A DNA stretch of 44,853 nucleotides from a virus. Lineage: Duplodnaviria > Heunggongvirae > Uroviricota > Caudoviricetes. The stretch lies in the IMG/VR virus record IMGVR_UViG_3300045988_031537. The stretch is one strand, 5' to 3'. Within the stretch, counting starts at the first letter, position 1; the number at the start of each line of letters is the position of its first letter. Below are positions 18,217 through 26,910 of this stretch, piece by piece. Below the pieces are notes generated by a model. That model was not told where the DNA came from. It saw only the letters and a program-made list of their open reading frames with translations, and made no database searches. Made by a program: the position numbers and the translations under genes.

Positions 18217-19458
18217 TTATTCCAAATCTTCTTCACTAACCTGATTCCACTCAGGCCGTTTGTCGTCTGCCGTTGTGATGCATGGGGCACCTGGTTTACG
18301 TGTGATGAAGTCTTTCAGTTCTTCTTCCGGCACAACTTTAACCGCTTCGGTCGGCGTCATGAGCACTTCTTTAGTCAGCTTGTCGCCGTAGAGTTCTGTT
18401 ACTTTCTCCGCGTCTTTCCACGCACGATTGCCCATCTTACCTTCAACCAGCTTGTACCCAGGAACTTTCTTACCGGAATGCAACGCGGCAGCCATAGCTT
18501 TCTCAACCTTGTCGATGTGCTGGCGCAACAACGGCAACTTCTCGTACTCAGCTACGAGTTCCTCCGGCGTAAGTTCCAGCGCAAAGTCGTCCTCCAGTTC
18601 TTCCGCCAGCACCGCGTTGACGGTTTTTGTACGCGCGGCGCACTGCTCTGAGAAACGGCACCATTGGCAACCGTCGACAGACGGCCTGAAGTCCGACGCT
18701 TTCAGGTTCTTTTTACCACGGAAATACGCATCAAGAGCTAACAGCGCCCGTTTCTGCGCAAACTTAGCGAACAGTTCCAGACCTTCAACCGAGATGTCCC
18801 ACTCCGACGCGCCGCCAGCGTATGGCTGAAAGATGACCAGACGAACGGTTGTTATGTTATAACGTCTCTTGAGTCGGCGATAAACACCTAGAGCGTAGAG
18901 CATAAGCTGCTTGTTTTCTTTCGCTTCTACACGATGCCGCCCGGTTTTCAGGTCGCCAATAATCAGCATGTGCTCGTCGGTGTTAGCCAGTTCCTGAACG
19001 GCAACAAGGTCAGCGGTTCCGAACGTCTCAACGCCTTCGTAACCAGGATGCAACACCTCAGTAAGATTTACCCGCATCTCGAGCTTGGCATAAGTCGCTA
19101 CGTCTATAATCGCTTTGCAGTAGTCGGTGTACTTTCGCACCTGCTCAATCATGTCCGCCGTAATCAGTACCGCGCCTTTCATCGGGCTGATTAGCGCCTT
19201 AATCTGGCCTTTACCCTCATCCAGCACGTAAGCGCCAACTTCACGCTCTAACGGCAACGCAGTGCCGCGGATATAGGCGTTGAGATGGACTTCAGCTATG
19301 GTGTGGCACGCTGTCCCCGTAACGGCGGATTTACCCGACGTGTTAGGAATATCTTTTTCACAGGCCAGTGATGCAGCGCATGACAGCCATTTTTTAGCAC
19401 CTGACGGCGAAAGTAAGGCGTGAACATCGTTATTGCCGCCGCGTTCTTTTAGAATCAT
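18217..19458 (-). CDS. PD-(D/E)XK exonuclease with C-terminal cysteine cluster (Cas4/RecB-like)
   Basis: GTADLVA...IIGDLKTG...QLMLYA nuclease motifs and CQWCRFSEQC cluster. Confidence 0.65.
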   Translation of the reverse strand: MILKERGGNNDVHALLSPSGAKKWLSCAASLACEKDIPNTSGKSAVTGTACHTIAEVHLNAYIRGTALPLEREVGAYVLDEGKGQIKALISPMKGAVLITADMIEQVRKYTDYCKAIIDVATYAKLEMRVNLTEVLHPGYEGVETFGTADLVAVQELANTDEHMLIIGDLKTGRHRVEAKENKQLMLYALGVYRRLKRRYNITTVRLVIFQPYAGGASEWDISVEGLELFAKFAQKRALLALDAYFRGKKNLKASDFRPSVDGCQWCRFSEQCAARTKTVNAVLAEELEDDFALELTPEELVAEYEKLPLLRQHIDKVEKAMAAALHSGKKVPGYKLVEGKMGNRAWKDAEKVTELYGDKLTKEVLMTPTEAVKVVPEEELKDFITRKPGAPCITTADDKRPEWNQVSEEDLE

Positions 19459-19802
19459 CGTAAACTCTCCAAATACAAGTTTAATGCCTGTAGCTGTTCT
19501 TCTGAGGGGGTGAAAGAATCATCGCGATGTAAGTCGCTTAACTGTTGCAACATTCCTGCGAACTGACGTCTTGCGTCAACAGCGGCCATGTGATGCTTTT
19601 CACTTTTGTATATTAATGTTTTCGGGTAATCCTCAAGCCTACCAGAAGATTTATTCACGCGGAGCGCCCGGGCTTCATGCGCAATGTGGATGTACTTTTT
19701 GCCGTTTTGTAACACAGTAGCTACGCCGCTGTTCTTTCTGCGGTCACCGACGGTGTAAACCTTGTCACCGCTGCGCAAATTAAGCCACCATTTATCCGTC
19801 AT
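19455..19802 (-). CDS. Hypothetical protein
   Basis: ATG at 19802 overlaps the upstream stop (ATGA); track start 19817 is also possible. Confidence 0.4.
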   Translation of the reverse strand: MTDKWWLNLRSGDKVYTVGDRRKNSGVATVLQNGKKYIHIAHEARALRVNKSSGRLEDYPKTLIYKSEKHHMAAVDARRQFAGMLQQLSDLHRDDSFTPSEEQLQALNLYLESLR

Positions 19803-20071
19803 ACCCTGCTCTCCCACTGGTCAATTAAATGTCTGGTCTGGTGCTGGCAATGCATGGCCCATCCATACATCGACTCGAAGACATAAAAGTCAGGCTTGGC
19901 AAAAGTCGTGCGCTTAATCTGCGACACATGACGGCCTATATCTTTAGCCCGCGGTACTTTGCCTAAGTACGCCATCTCTTCCATCTGGTGCGCACCTGAC
20001 GGCGCACGCAACAGCCACAACGCCTCTGTGTTATCCCGCCTGTCAACGGCGCGGTAGAGTTGGTAAATCAT
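19799..20071 (-). CDS. Hypothetical protein
   Basis: 90-aa ORF in the operon. Confidence 0.4.
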   Translation of the reverse strand: MIYQLYRAVDRRDNTEALWLLRAPSGAHQMEEMAYLGKVPRAKDIGRHVSQIKRTTFAKPDFYVFESMYGWAMHCQHQTRHLIDQWESRV

Positions 20072-20114
20072 AATTACGACCCTCAGTTAAAGCGGCCCGA
20101 AGGCCGCGAGATAA

Positions 20115-20615
20115 TTATTCTTCTTCGAAATACTTGTTCTTGATTGCTGTCAGGCGTTCCAGGTACTCGGCCAGGTCTTCGTCTTTAATCGCGGCAATCT
20201 TCATCTTCTTACCGGTGAACTCTTCCAGCAGTTCATCAGAATCGTCGCACGCGGCATCGCTCGGACCTTCGTTAATTGCATCGTCGATAGCCTGAATATG
20301 GTCACGAAGAGACTGGTAATCGACTTCTTCTTTCTCTTCTTCTGGTTCTGGCGTCGACTCCTCTACTTTAGCTTTACGCGGCTTACGTTTTGGCTTCTCT
20401 TCTTCTGCCGGTTTAGTGTCGACGATGTCTTCACCTTCAACCGGGATTTCTTTTGTTTCTTCTTTAATACTTTCAGAGAACTGCTCAATTTTATGAGCGG
20501 CTACTGCGGCAGCCTCTTTGGCAGTAGTTGGCGCGAACTGTTTCGCACTATTCGCAGCAATCAGTTCATGTGCAACTACGAAACGTTCCAGTAATACTAA
20601 GAATTTCTCTAACAT
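20115..20615 (-). CDS. Hypothetical strongly acidic protein
   Basis: 166 aa with long Glu/Asp-rich stretches; first gene after the 20647 promoter. Confidence 0.5.
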   Translation of the reverse strand: MLEKFLVLLERFVVAHELIAANSAKQFAPTTAKEAAAVAAHKIEQFSESIKEETKEIPVEGEDIVDTKPAEEEKPKRKPRKAKVEESTPEPEEEKEEVDYQSLRDHIQAIDDAINEGPSDAACDDSDELLEEFTGKKMKIAAIKDEDLAEYLERLTAIKNKYFEEE

Positions 20616-20646
20616 TTGTTTCTCTCCTCTCGTTTGGTATGGGCTA

Positions 20647-20675
20647 ACTATAATAGTGAACTATTCACATGTCAA
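20647..20675 (-). promoter_or_regulatory. Sigma70-like promoter, TTGACA-N17-TATAGT
   Basis: Reverse complement reads TTGACA, 17-bp spacer, TATAGT. Confidence 0.45.
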
Positions 20676-20719
20676 TGGGCTTTTCTAAAATAATTAATAT
20701 GATACTATTCACATATCAA
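20660..20719. promoter_or_regulatory. Two 16-bp direct repeats ACTATTCACAT(G/A)TCAA (candidate operators) in the divergent promoter region
   Basis: Copies at 20660-20675 and 20704-20719 overlap the leftward promoter and the TACTAT -10 of the rightward promoter for the HTH gene. Confidence 0.45.
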
Positions 20720-20739
20720 CTAACTAAGGAGTAATTGTC

Positions 20740-20955
20740 ATGCAACCATCTGAACTAGGCATCCGTGTAGAAAAACGCCGTAAAGAACTCGGCATCTCCC
20801 AGCGCCGTCTGGCGGTGCTGACCGGGGTTTCCCAGGGCGCAATTAACCAGCTGGCACTTGGGGTAACCCAGGACGTCCGCCCGGCAACGCTGTTTAAACT
20901 GGCGGAAGTGCTGGAGGTAGACGCCAAGTGGCTGGCGCTAGGTGAAGGGGCTTAA
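20740..20955 (+). CDS. XRE-family (Cro/CI-like) HTH transcriptional regulator
   Basis: LGISQRRLAVLTGVSQGAINQL helix-turn-helix; AAGGAG RBS; the only plus-strand gene inside the replication block. Confidence 0.7.
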   Translation: MQPSELGIRVEKRRKELGISQRRLAVLTGVSQGAINQLALGVTQDVRPATLFKLAEVLEVDAKWLALGEGA

Positions 20956-20969
20956 TGCCCCTTTCTTTT
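20946..20969 (+). terminator. Rho-independent terminator
   Basis: GGGGC-TTAAT-GCCCC followed by TTTCTTTTT. Confidence 0.6.
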
Positions 20970-20972
20970 TAC

Positions 20973-23213
20973 CTACTCCAAATCCTCCTCTGTCACCACC
21001 AGCATTTCATTCGGTTCGTATATTGTCTTCGGTCTTAATCTGTCGCCCATCTTTTCCGGTATCCTGTATGTGCCCGGTATAACTTCACCGTTAACATCAC
21101 ATCCAAGCATCAACTCACCGTCTTTCAGCATCTTCTCGAGATGGTGGTTGGTGATAGCGTGGTCGCCAGAGTTCGCCACTATCTGCCGTTGGGTAAAACC
21201 GCGTCCGGTGTCGTCGGCCTGCTGCAGGTCTTCCAGCGCGGCGAGTATTGATTCCTTACGCCCTTCATCCTTCCCGCGTTTTACAGCATTCTTTACGTTT
21301 TCTTTACCTTCTTTCGTCAGCCCTTCTTCCCGCTCTTTCTCCTCGTCAGTTTTGAACGGCTCGAAGCCCCACGGCATCAGCACAAGTGCCTTATGTGGTT
21401 CTGGCAGGTCGAGGTTTACGATTGTGCCGTATTCCTCTGTGCTACCCAGGAACTCAACAGCACGGTACTCTTTCGGCGGTGGCGCTTCGCGGAACTGTAC
21501 CGACTCCAGCACCATGCCAACCGTTTTCTGTTGGGGCCCGTGCTTAAATTTAGAGTGGTATACGTTTATCTGACGGTCGGTCGCGCGTTCAATTGTCAGT
21601 TCCACGTCGACGCCAGCATACAGCGCACCACTGCCGCGGGCTTTCTTTCCACCTTTCGGCGTATGGTGGACAACGCCTACTGCGGCTTTAGTCACGTCAC
21701 GTACTTCTTTCAGGATGGCAATGACTTTACCCATGCCGATTGCCGTCGATGAACTGTTCTCGTCGAACTTATCAATCGTCAAAGCCAGGGTCTGGTTTAG
21801 GGTGTCGAAGGCAACCATGCCGATGGGTTCGTCACCCGCAGTTTCACGCATCAACTTAATAAGGCTTTTCAGTTTTCCGACTTCGCCCATGTCGATGACA
21901 TGTACATAATCTTTACCTTCCTCACCATATTTAGCCGCTAGTGCGTCAATACGTGTGCGTGTAGCCGCGCCACCCTCACCGTCGATATAGAAGTGATGGC
22001 AACGCTGGGTGTCCGCCCCGGCGAACCGGTATCCGGCGGCGCTCAGGTACATCATCCCCAGCGTATAGAATGATTTGTACGTGCCGGATTCCCCGACAAT
22101 ATCCCAGATGCAATCTGACGGCATATACCCTTCTACGACGAAATCAGCCTTTACCGGTTCCGGTAGCTCGTCCTCCTCGGGGTCCTCGTCGTCTTCCAGG
22201 TCGTCGAGGCTGCATGAAACAGATTCACGTGCGCCCCAGCCGATAGCCTCAGCGACTTCACTGAACGGGAGACCAGTCGCATCACACGCATATTTCCACA
22301 CCTCTTTCGGCGACATGCCTTCGGTTGCCGTAATGTCAGTGTCGTGGATCATGGTTACGTTCGGCGCTTCGTAGCCCTCGCGCGGGAAGCACAGCAGGAA
22401 GTCGTCCGGGCGCGGCGTAGGGTCGCTGTAATTTTCTGCATGTTCCGGCGTAGCTGGCATCTTAAGGCCGCGGGGCGTCATAACACCGCCGTACTCAAAC
22501 GCCAGCGCCTCAAACGCATCAGTAAACGCGGTACGCAGTTCTTCTGGTATCTGGTAGTCAGATGCGCTGCTCACCTCGTAATCCGGGATGCCTTCCAGTA
22601 ACTCTTCCGGGTCAATCAGGTCGTTTCGGCGCGACCAGATAACGGTAGAGCCAACCGGCGGCAGGTACATAGGCTGCGACAGAGTGAAACCGCTGCGGTC
22701 CGCGCCCATGCCTTTGAAGAAGTGTTCCAGCAATCCATGGCGAACACGGATGATGTCTCCACCTTCAACCGGGCGGCCCAGCGGCATGACGACGCGAAAG
22801 CGTGGTGACTCATCGGTATGGGATGCCGTGGTGTAGAGGCACATAGCCAGGCGGCTGCGCTTAACCAGGCGCACAGCTTCCTGATACTCTTCCGGTGTTG
22901 CACCGTCGAAGTCCAGATAAGCGAGCGACGATTTGCTTACAGACGCGTCACAGCGATAGAAGAAGCCTTTACGCGCCCGCTTAAAGTCTCCTGTTTCCGG
23001 GTCTTTTACGGTGCTGTGTGTAGAGTCGCACGCAGCGGTGATATACCCGGGCGCGGTCTTAGGGTTAATCCCATCACGAACGGCATCGAGTGGCTGGATT
23101 AGCTCTTTCAGGTCGTCCAGTGTTGCCGTGTGGGTGGTTCTGACGTTTATATCCTTTTTCTCTGCCGGCGCGTTGCGACGAGACCACGAGTAGGATAAAA
23201 TTACATCGGACAT
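20973..23213 (-). CDS. Primase-polymerase / RecA-like helicase replication protein
   Basis: N-terminal prim-pol-like region (LDFDG) and C-terminal P-loop GESGTYKS. Confidence 0.7.
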   Translation of the reverse strand: MSDVILSYSWSRRNAPAEKKDINVRTTHTATLDDLKELIQPLDAVRDGINPKTAPGYITAACDSTHSTVKDPETGDFKRARKGFFYRCDASVSKSSLAYLDFDGATPEEYQEAVRLVKRSRLAMCLYTTASHTDESPRFRVVMPLGRPVEGGDIIRVRHGLLEHFFKGMGADRSGFTLSQPMYLPPVGSTVIWSRRNDLIDPEELLEGIPDYEVSSASDYQIPEELRTAFTDAFEALAFEYGGVMTPRGLKMPATPEHAENYSDPTPRPDDFLLCFPREGYEAPNVTMIHDTDITATEGMSPKEVWKYACDATGLPFSEVAEAIGWGARESVSCSLDDLEDDEDPEEDELPEPVKADFVVEGYMPSDCIWDIVGESGTYKSFYTLGMMYLSAAGYRFAGADTQRCHHFYIDGEGGAATRTRIDALAAKYGEEGKDYVHVIDMGEVGKLKSLIKLMRETAGDEPIGMVAFDTLNQTLALTIDKFDENSSSTAIGMGKVIAILKEVRDVTKAAVGVVHHTPKGGKKARGSGALYAGVDVELTIERATDRQINVYHSKFKHGPQQKTVGMVLESVQFREAPPPKEYRAVEFLGSTEEYGTIVNLDLPEPHKALVLMPWGFEPFKTDEEKEREEGLTKEGKENVKNAVKRGKDEGRKESILAALEDLQQADDTGRGFTQRQIVANSGDHAITNHHLEKMLKDGELMLGCDVNGEVIPGTYRIPEKMGDRLRPKTIYEPNEMLVVTEEDLE

Positions 23214-23270
23214 GTTGTATTTCCTTCAGCAAGTAATTTGGCCTCGGCGCTCTAACGTCGGGGCTTTCTT

Positions 23271-23504
23271 TTATTCCAGGTCTTCTAAAGTAGCAGCCAT
23301 TCCGCGAACTTCAGCAACAGCACCATATTTCCCACCAACGTTTTTCACGACACCCGATTTAACCAGTACCTTCAACGACCCTTCAATAATGGCGGAACTA
23401 TAGTACTTAAAATAACTACGGCGCAAGTCCATAACGCTGCACGACCCTTTTTTGCGGGTTAACGAAACGACCGCCGTAAATACGCGTGACTGGAACTCGG
23501 TCAT
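23271..23504 (-). CDS. Hypothetical protein
   Basis: 77-aa ORF between the HTH gene and the primase. Confidence 0.4.
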   Translation of the reverse strand: MTEFQSRVFTAVVSLTRKKGSCSVMDLRRSYFKYYSSAIIEGSLKVLVKSGVVKNVGGKYGAVAEVRGMAATLEDLE

Positions 23505-23671
23505 TTAACGTTCTCCTTAATCCACGCTTCCACTTTCTCTGGGTCAAACGTACCGGGCTGGCGGCGGCCCATAATGCGGATACAACAATCCGGGAACTTC
23601 CCACTCTTTAACCAGTTATTAAGCGTGCGGCGAGTAACCCCAATACGCTCAGCTACCTCATTCTGTGTCAT
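23501..23671 (-). CDS. Small HTH DNA-binding protein (AlpA/excisionase-like)
   Basis: ATG at 23671 with GAGGG RBS; MTQNEVAERIGVTRRTLNNWLKSGKFP. Confidence 0.5.
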   Translation of the reverse strand: MTQNEVAERIGVTRRTLNNWLKSGKFPDCCIRIMGRRQPGTFDPEKVEAWIKENVK

Positions 23672-23703
23672 TCTCAAACCCTCATTATCAGTCAACGAAA
23701 CCA

Positions 23704-23776
23704 AGTATACATTGCGAATAATGGGAAATCAAACATAATCGCACCTATTGACATTATGGAAATCTTCGTTTAAGGT
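23704..23776. promoter_or_regulatory. Divergent early promoter pair: leftward TTGATT-N17-TATACT, rightward TTGACA-N17-TAAGGT
   Basis: Hexamers with 17-bp spacing on both strands, between the leftward HTH gene and a noncoding stretch. Confidence 0.4.
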
Positions 23777-24011
23777 GCTTCTATATCTTAGTTACTTTTA
23801 TTCTTGTTCACCTTGTAAGAATGTTTAACCCGTGCGTCAAGCAAAGGGTTAAACACAGGCTTACTGAACATTAGAATTATTGTAACTTTCCTTCCTTAGT
23901 ATCTCCGGTTGCCCTGGGCAAGCTCTATTCTCATCGGCAGCATATCTCTTAAGTATCTGATTTTCTTAATGTGCCGTAGATTCGCAACCGTAAAAATGTA
24001 ACGATTAGTGG

Positions 24012-24035
24012 GCAGGCTTAGGGCCTGCCCTTTAG
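24012..24035 (+). terminator. Rho-independent terminator-like hairpin
   Basis: GGGCAGGC-TTAGG-GCCTGCCC followed by TTT. Confidence 0.5.
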
Positions 24036-24102
24036 TTACCAAGTAATAAGAATAAAGGCACAACCCTACCTGAAGAATCACAACGGCAACGTAACTATTT
24101 TC

Positions 24103-24131
24103 TTGCACACCCCAACATAATAGGATACTAT
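24103..24131 (+). promoter_or_regulatory. Sigma70-like promoter, TTGCAC-N17-TACTAT
   Basis: Consensus-like hexamers; about 30 bp nearly identical to the promoter at 1439-1467. Confidence 0.5.
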
Positions 24132-24165
24132 TCACTTATCGAAACGAGACAGATGAGTGAGGGTT

Positions 24166-24357
24166 ATGTTTAGGAAGGGTCAGTTGGTGAAAACGATGTA
24201 CGGTAGCTTAGGTATTATTGAAAAGAAATCGACAGTGTACCGAAGTTCTTATGTCGTTAGCTTACTCAGGGAGCACGGGTTAAGTTCCACGGCGTATTAC
24301 CGAGAGTATGAAATGAAGCTCATAGGCAACAATTTTAAATTCAAAGGGGCGAAGTGA
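24166..24357 (+). CDS. Hypothetical early protein
   Basis: ATG at 24166 after GAGGG. Confidence 0.45.
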   Translation: MFRKGQLVKTMYGSLGIIEKKSTVYRSSYVVSLLREHGLSSTAYYREYEMKLIGNNFKFKGAK

Positions 24358-24611
24358 TGGAAGAATTAATTTGTATTGAGTCTAAAGCAGAAATGGGCGG
24401 TTGGTTTATAAAAGGCAACGAGTATTCGTTGAAAGTACACTACGACGGTCGTCTCTACGTTTTAGACGAGGAAGGTGATGAGTGGGATTTAGAGCAATCA
24501 CATGGTGAAGCCTTTACCGTGAATGTCCTGGGCACACCAGCGGTAACATTCAGAACGGCATCGAATCATGATGCTCGTGCCGACGACTCTGAGGGAGGTT
24601 GCCGTGAATAA
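24357..24611 (+). CDS. Hypothetical early protein
   Basis: ORF start overlaps the previous stop. Confidence 0.45.
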   Translation: MEELICIESKAEMGGWFIKGNEYSLKVHYDGRLYVLDEEGDEWDLEQSHGEAFTVNVLGTPAVTFRTASNHDARADDSEGGCRE

Positions 24612-24675
24612 CTATCCGTTTATTTTAATTGTCAGCGCCGTTTATGCGGTGCACGCGTTGTGGGGGTTGGTATGA
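24604..24675 (+). CDS. Possible 23-aa hydrophobic peptide
   Basis: GTG start after GAGGGAGG; VNNYPFILIVSAVYAVHALWGLV. Confidence 0.2.
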   Translation: MNNYPFILIVSAVYAVHALWGLV

Positions 24676-24827
24676 GAATTCGAATAACTGACCGCGGGCT
24701 TATCGATTTCGGTATCTCGGTAGGTGATGTTTTTATGGCGTTCAGCAGCAACCATTATGGTTTTATGATTGAGTACAAAGGGTCATTATTGTTCGTGTAT
24801 CGGGACGAATGCGAGGTTCTGGAATGA
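24672..24827 (+). CDS. Small hypothetical protein (51 aa)
   Basis: Start and stop overlap neighbours; below the track cut-off. Confidence 0.3.
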   Translation: MRIRITDRGLIDFGISVGDVFMAFSSNHYGFMIEYKGSLLFVYRDECEVLE

Positions 24828-24985
24828 GAGAAGCATTCGAACGGTGGGCCGTCGTCGAGGGTCTGCCCGTTAATAAGGGTTCAAAGAAAGAGTACCTGAA
24901 CGTTAAGACGCGTCTCGCGTGGCGGGCGTGGAAAGCTGGTGCGAATGTAATGGCTGGTGCATTCGAAAAGAGAGGTGATTTATGA
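24824..24985 (+). CDS. Small hypothetical protein (53 aa)
   Basis: Start and stop overlap neighbours. Confidence 0.3.
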   Translation: MREAFERWAVVEGLPVNKGSKKEYLNVKTRLAWRAWKAGANVMAGAFEKRGDL

Positions 24986-25182
24986 GCGAGTGGATTAAGT
25001 GTAGTGAGATGCTACCAGGTAACGGAAGTACTGATAAAGAGTTTCTGGTGTATGAAACGTTGAATAACGCAGTTCAGCACGACTATTACATCGTTCCTGA
25101 TGACGGGAGAAAGCCGTTCTGGAATCACTATGATAAGTACGTGACACACTGGATGCCGTTACCAGAGCCGTCAGAAGTGTGA
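24982..25182 (+). CDS. DUF551-like phage protein
   Basis: C-terminal VTHWMPLPEP motif. Confidence 0.5.
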   Translation: MSEWIKCSEMLPGNGSTDKEFLVYETLNNAVQHDYYIVPDDGRKPFWNHYDKYVTHWMPLPEPSEV

Positions 25183-25216
25183 TGTTCAATAGTTTGGGAT
25201 TTTACTGAGTGACTTA

Positions 25217-25250
25217 CGCTGCTACACAGCAGCGTATCATTTTTCTCATT
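25217..25250 (+). terminator. Rho-independent terminator
   Basis: ACGCTGCT-ACAC-AGCAGCGT followed by a T-rich run. Confidence 0.55.
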
Positions 25251-25329
25251 TTTGTTCTATTTCACCAAACGCAACAATCGAAGCGACTATTGCAGGAGAT
25301 GCAACAATACAAACACCAATAAAATTTAC

Positions 25330-25358
25330 TTGCACGCTAGGATAGAATAGGTTACTAT
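25330..25358 (+). promoter_or_regulatory. Sigma70-like promoter, TTGCAC-N17-TACTAT
   Basis: Consensus-like hexamers with 17-bp spacing. Confidence 0.5.
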
Positions 25359-25387
25359 TCATTTACACAAACGAGAGGAGAGAGAAG

Positions 25388-25537
25388 ATGGTTACTTTGA
25401 TGATTATGGAGTTCGAAAACAGCGCTGCAACATATCGTGAGATGACTATGACGCAGGCGTACCACCTGGCCTCAAACGGCAACTTCTACAAGGCTCAAAT
25501 CATCAATGAGTTCGGGGTAATTGACTATGAATTTTAG
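25388..25537 (+). CDS. Small hypothetical protein (49 aa)
   Basis: ATG after GAGAGGAGAGAGAAG. Confidence 0.35.
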   Translation: MVTLMIMEFENSAATYREMTMTQAYHLASNGNFYKAQIINEFGVIDYEF

Positions 25538-25799
25538 CAGCTACACCGTGACCGTTGATTTTGAGGGGCTGGAGTTGCCCCTCCCTAACAACTACCGGTA
25601 TATAACTCGCGACCGTTTCGGGTTTATTCAGGGGTGGCGGGACAAACCGACGGACACTGAGTTCGGGATGTCAGGAGGAGAAGAGCTGCCGATCACGTTC
25701 GGGCATCAGAGTAGTAATGAAGAACTTAAAACTGTGATTCGTAAGTATCGTCGCCGCGATAACACCGGGCTTATCGCAATAACAGGCGCTGTTGAATAA
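25527..25799 (+). CDS. Hypothetical protein
   Basis: ATG 25527 overlaps the previous ORF end. Confidence 0.4.
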   Translation: MNFSSYTVTVDFEGLELPLPNNYRYITRDRFGFIQGWRDKPTDTEFGMSGGEELPITFGHQSSNEELKTVIRKYRRRDNTGLIAITGAVE

Positions 25800-25818
25800 G
25801 CGAGAGGAGAGACAGAAG

Positions 25819-26310
25819 ATGAGTAACAAAAACGAAGTATTCGAGTGGCTGATTGACCAACTACGGCAGCAGGTAAATAGCAACCCGTACAAGCAACAGT
25901 GCGAAGACCTGGCGTACGAGGTGTTGTCACTCAAGAATCAGTTACGTGATGCGTCAGAACATATTAAGGGGTTGCATAAGGCGTTGGCTACAGCTACAGG
26001 TGACGTAGGCGCTTATATAGCAGCAGAGCAATCTGGTTGCCGTAAGGAAGATACTCAGTACAACGCCTGGAGGCCTCATTATGGTGCACGACAACCTGTG
26101 CCGGATGGGACTATGGTATTTATCCGGTATCGCAACGGGGAGGAGCCGAAACACAGTGTAGCAGCAGAAAAGCGGTCGTGGATTTGGGATGGAACATACG
26201 CAGACATAGTGGAATACAAGATTGACACACAGGAATGTGAACATGACTATCGTTTGGTTCTGTGGTGTAGCGACTTACAGCAGTGCTCTAAATGCGGGGT
26301 GATCAAATGA
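25819..26310 (+). CDS. Hypothetical protein
   Basis: ATG at 25819 after GAGAGGAGAGACAGAAG. Confidence 0.45.
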   Translation: MSNKNEVFEWLIDQLRQQVNSNPYKQQCEDLAYEVLSLKNQLRDASEHIKGLHKALATATGDVGAYIAAEQSGCRKEDTQYNAWRPHYGARQPVPDGTMVFIRYRNGEEPKHSVAAEKRSWIWDGTYADIVEYKIDTQECEHDYRLVLWCSDLQQCSKCGVIK

Positions 26311-26510
26311 CCAGCATATTATTTATCTGGGTATTGTCCGCAGGCCAGATGCAGCTAGCGGCATCAGAAACGTTTTATTCGATGGAGGCGTGCCAGTCAG
26401 CGGCACGCGCCGCAGAGAACGCGCACTTTCTGTTTCAGGGTGACAAGCCCAACGACTCAGAGGTACGCGCTATCTGCTCACCTAAGCGACTTGGTAAACA
26501 GGAGAAGTGA
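26307..26510 (+). CDS. Small protein with N-terminal signal-peptide-like segment
   Basis: MTSILFIWVLSAGQMQLAASE...; ATGA overlap with upstream gene. Confidence 0.4.
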   Translation: MTSILFIWVLSAGQMQLAASETFYSMEACQSAARAAENAHFLFQGDKPNDSEVRAICSPKRLGKQEK

Positions 26511-26512
26511 TT

Positions 26513-26716
26513 ATGGTACAGAGATACTCTAAGTATGGGTCTGACAACCATTTCGGGGACCGTCACGGGGCGTGGGTTAAGTTTGAGGACTACCAGAATC
26601 TTGACCACAAGCTGTTGGAAGTTGAAGCCGAGTTACAGAAATACAAAGACCAGTTCCCTGATTACGTCGAGTGCGCGAACTGTGGGTCAGTTACACATTT
26701 GGAAGGGGTGGAGTGA
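26513..26716 (+). CDS. Hypothetical protein (MVQRY paralogue 1)
   Basis: Begins MVQRYSKYG... Confidence 0.4.
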   Translation: MVQRYSKYGSDNHFGDRHGAWVKFEDYQNLDHKLLEVEAELQKYKDQFPDYVECANCGSVTHLEGVE

Positions 26717-26910
26717 TGGTACAGAGGTATGAGGTAAAAGCGTGGGGCCTGCCAGAGCCTGAGATGGCTGAGTACGCATACGGCGATTATGTAGAATACG
26801 ACGCTTATCTTAAACTGGAAGCAAAGTTACGTGAATTCGCTGAACAGGTAATGTACGAACCTTGTTCGAAAGTTACAGAAGAAATGGCCCGCGAGATTCT
26901 CGGAATATGA
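26716..26910 (+). CDS. Hypothetical protein (MVQRY paralogue 2)
   Basis: Begins MVQRYEVKAWG...; adjacent to paralogue 1. Confidence 0.4.
   Translation: MVQRYEVKAWGLPEPEMAEYAYGDYVEYDAYLKLEAKLREFAEQVMYEPCSKVTEEMAREILGI

Noticed and set aside
21070-23193. Multiple plus-strand ORFs (60-167 aa) inside the primase-helicase gene
   Set aside because: All antisense to a long gene with recognisable motifs; Ser/Arg-rich translations; no independent signals.
23213-23271. Hairpin followed by a T-run on the plus strand between the primase start and the upstream gene
   Set aside because: Oriented against the leftward operon and imperfect (7 of 9 bp); not called as a terminator.
23896-24135. 79-aa minus-strand ORF in the early intergenic region
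   Set aside because: No RBS, implausible hydrophobic translation, overlaps promoter and terminator elements; region treated as noncoding.
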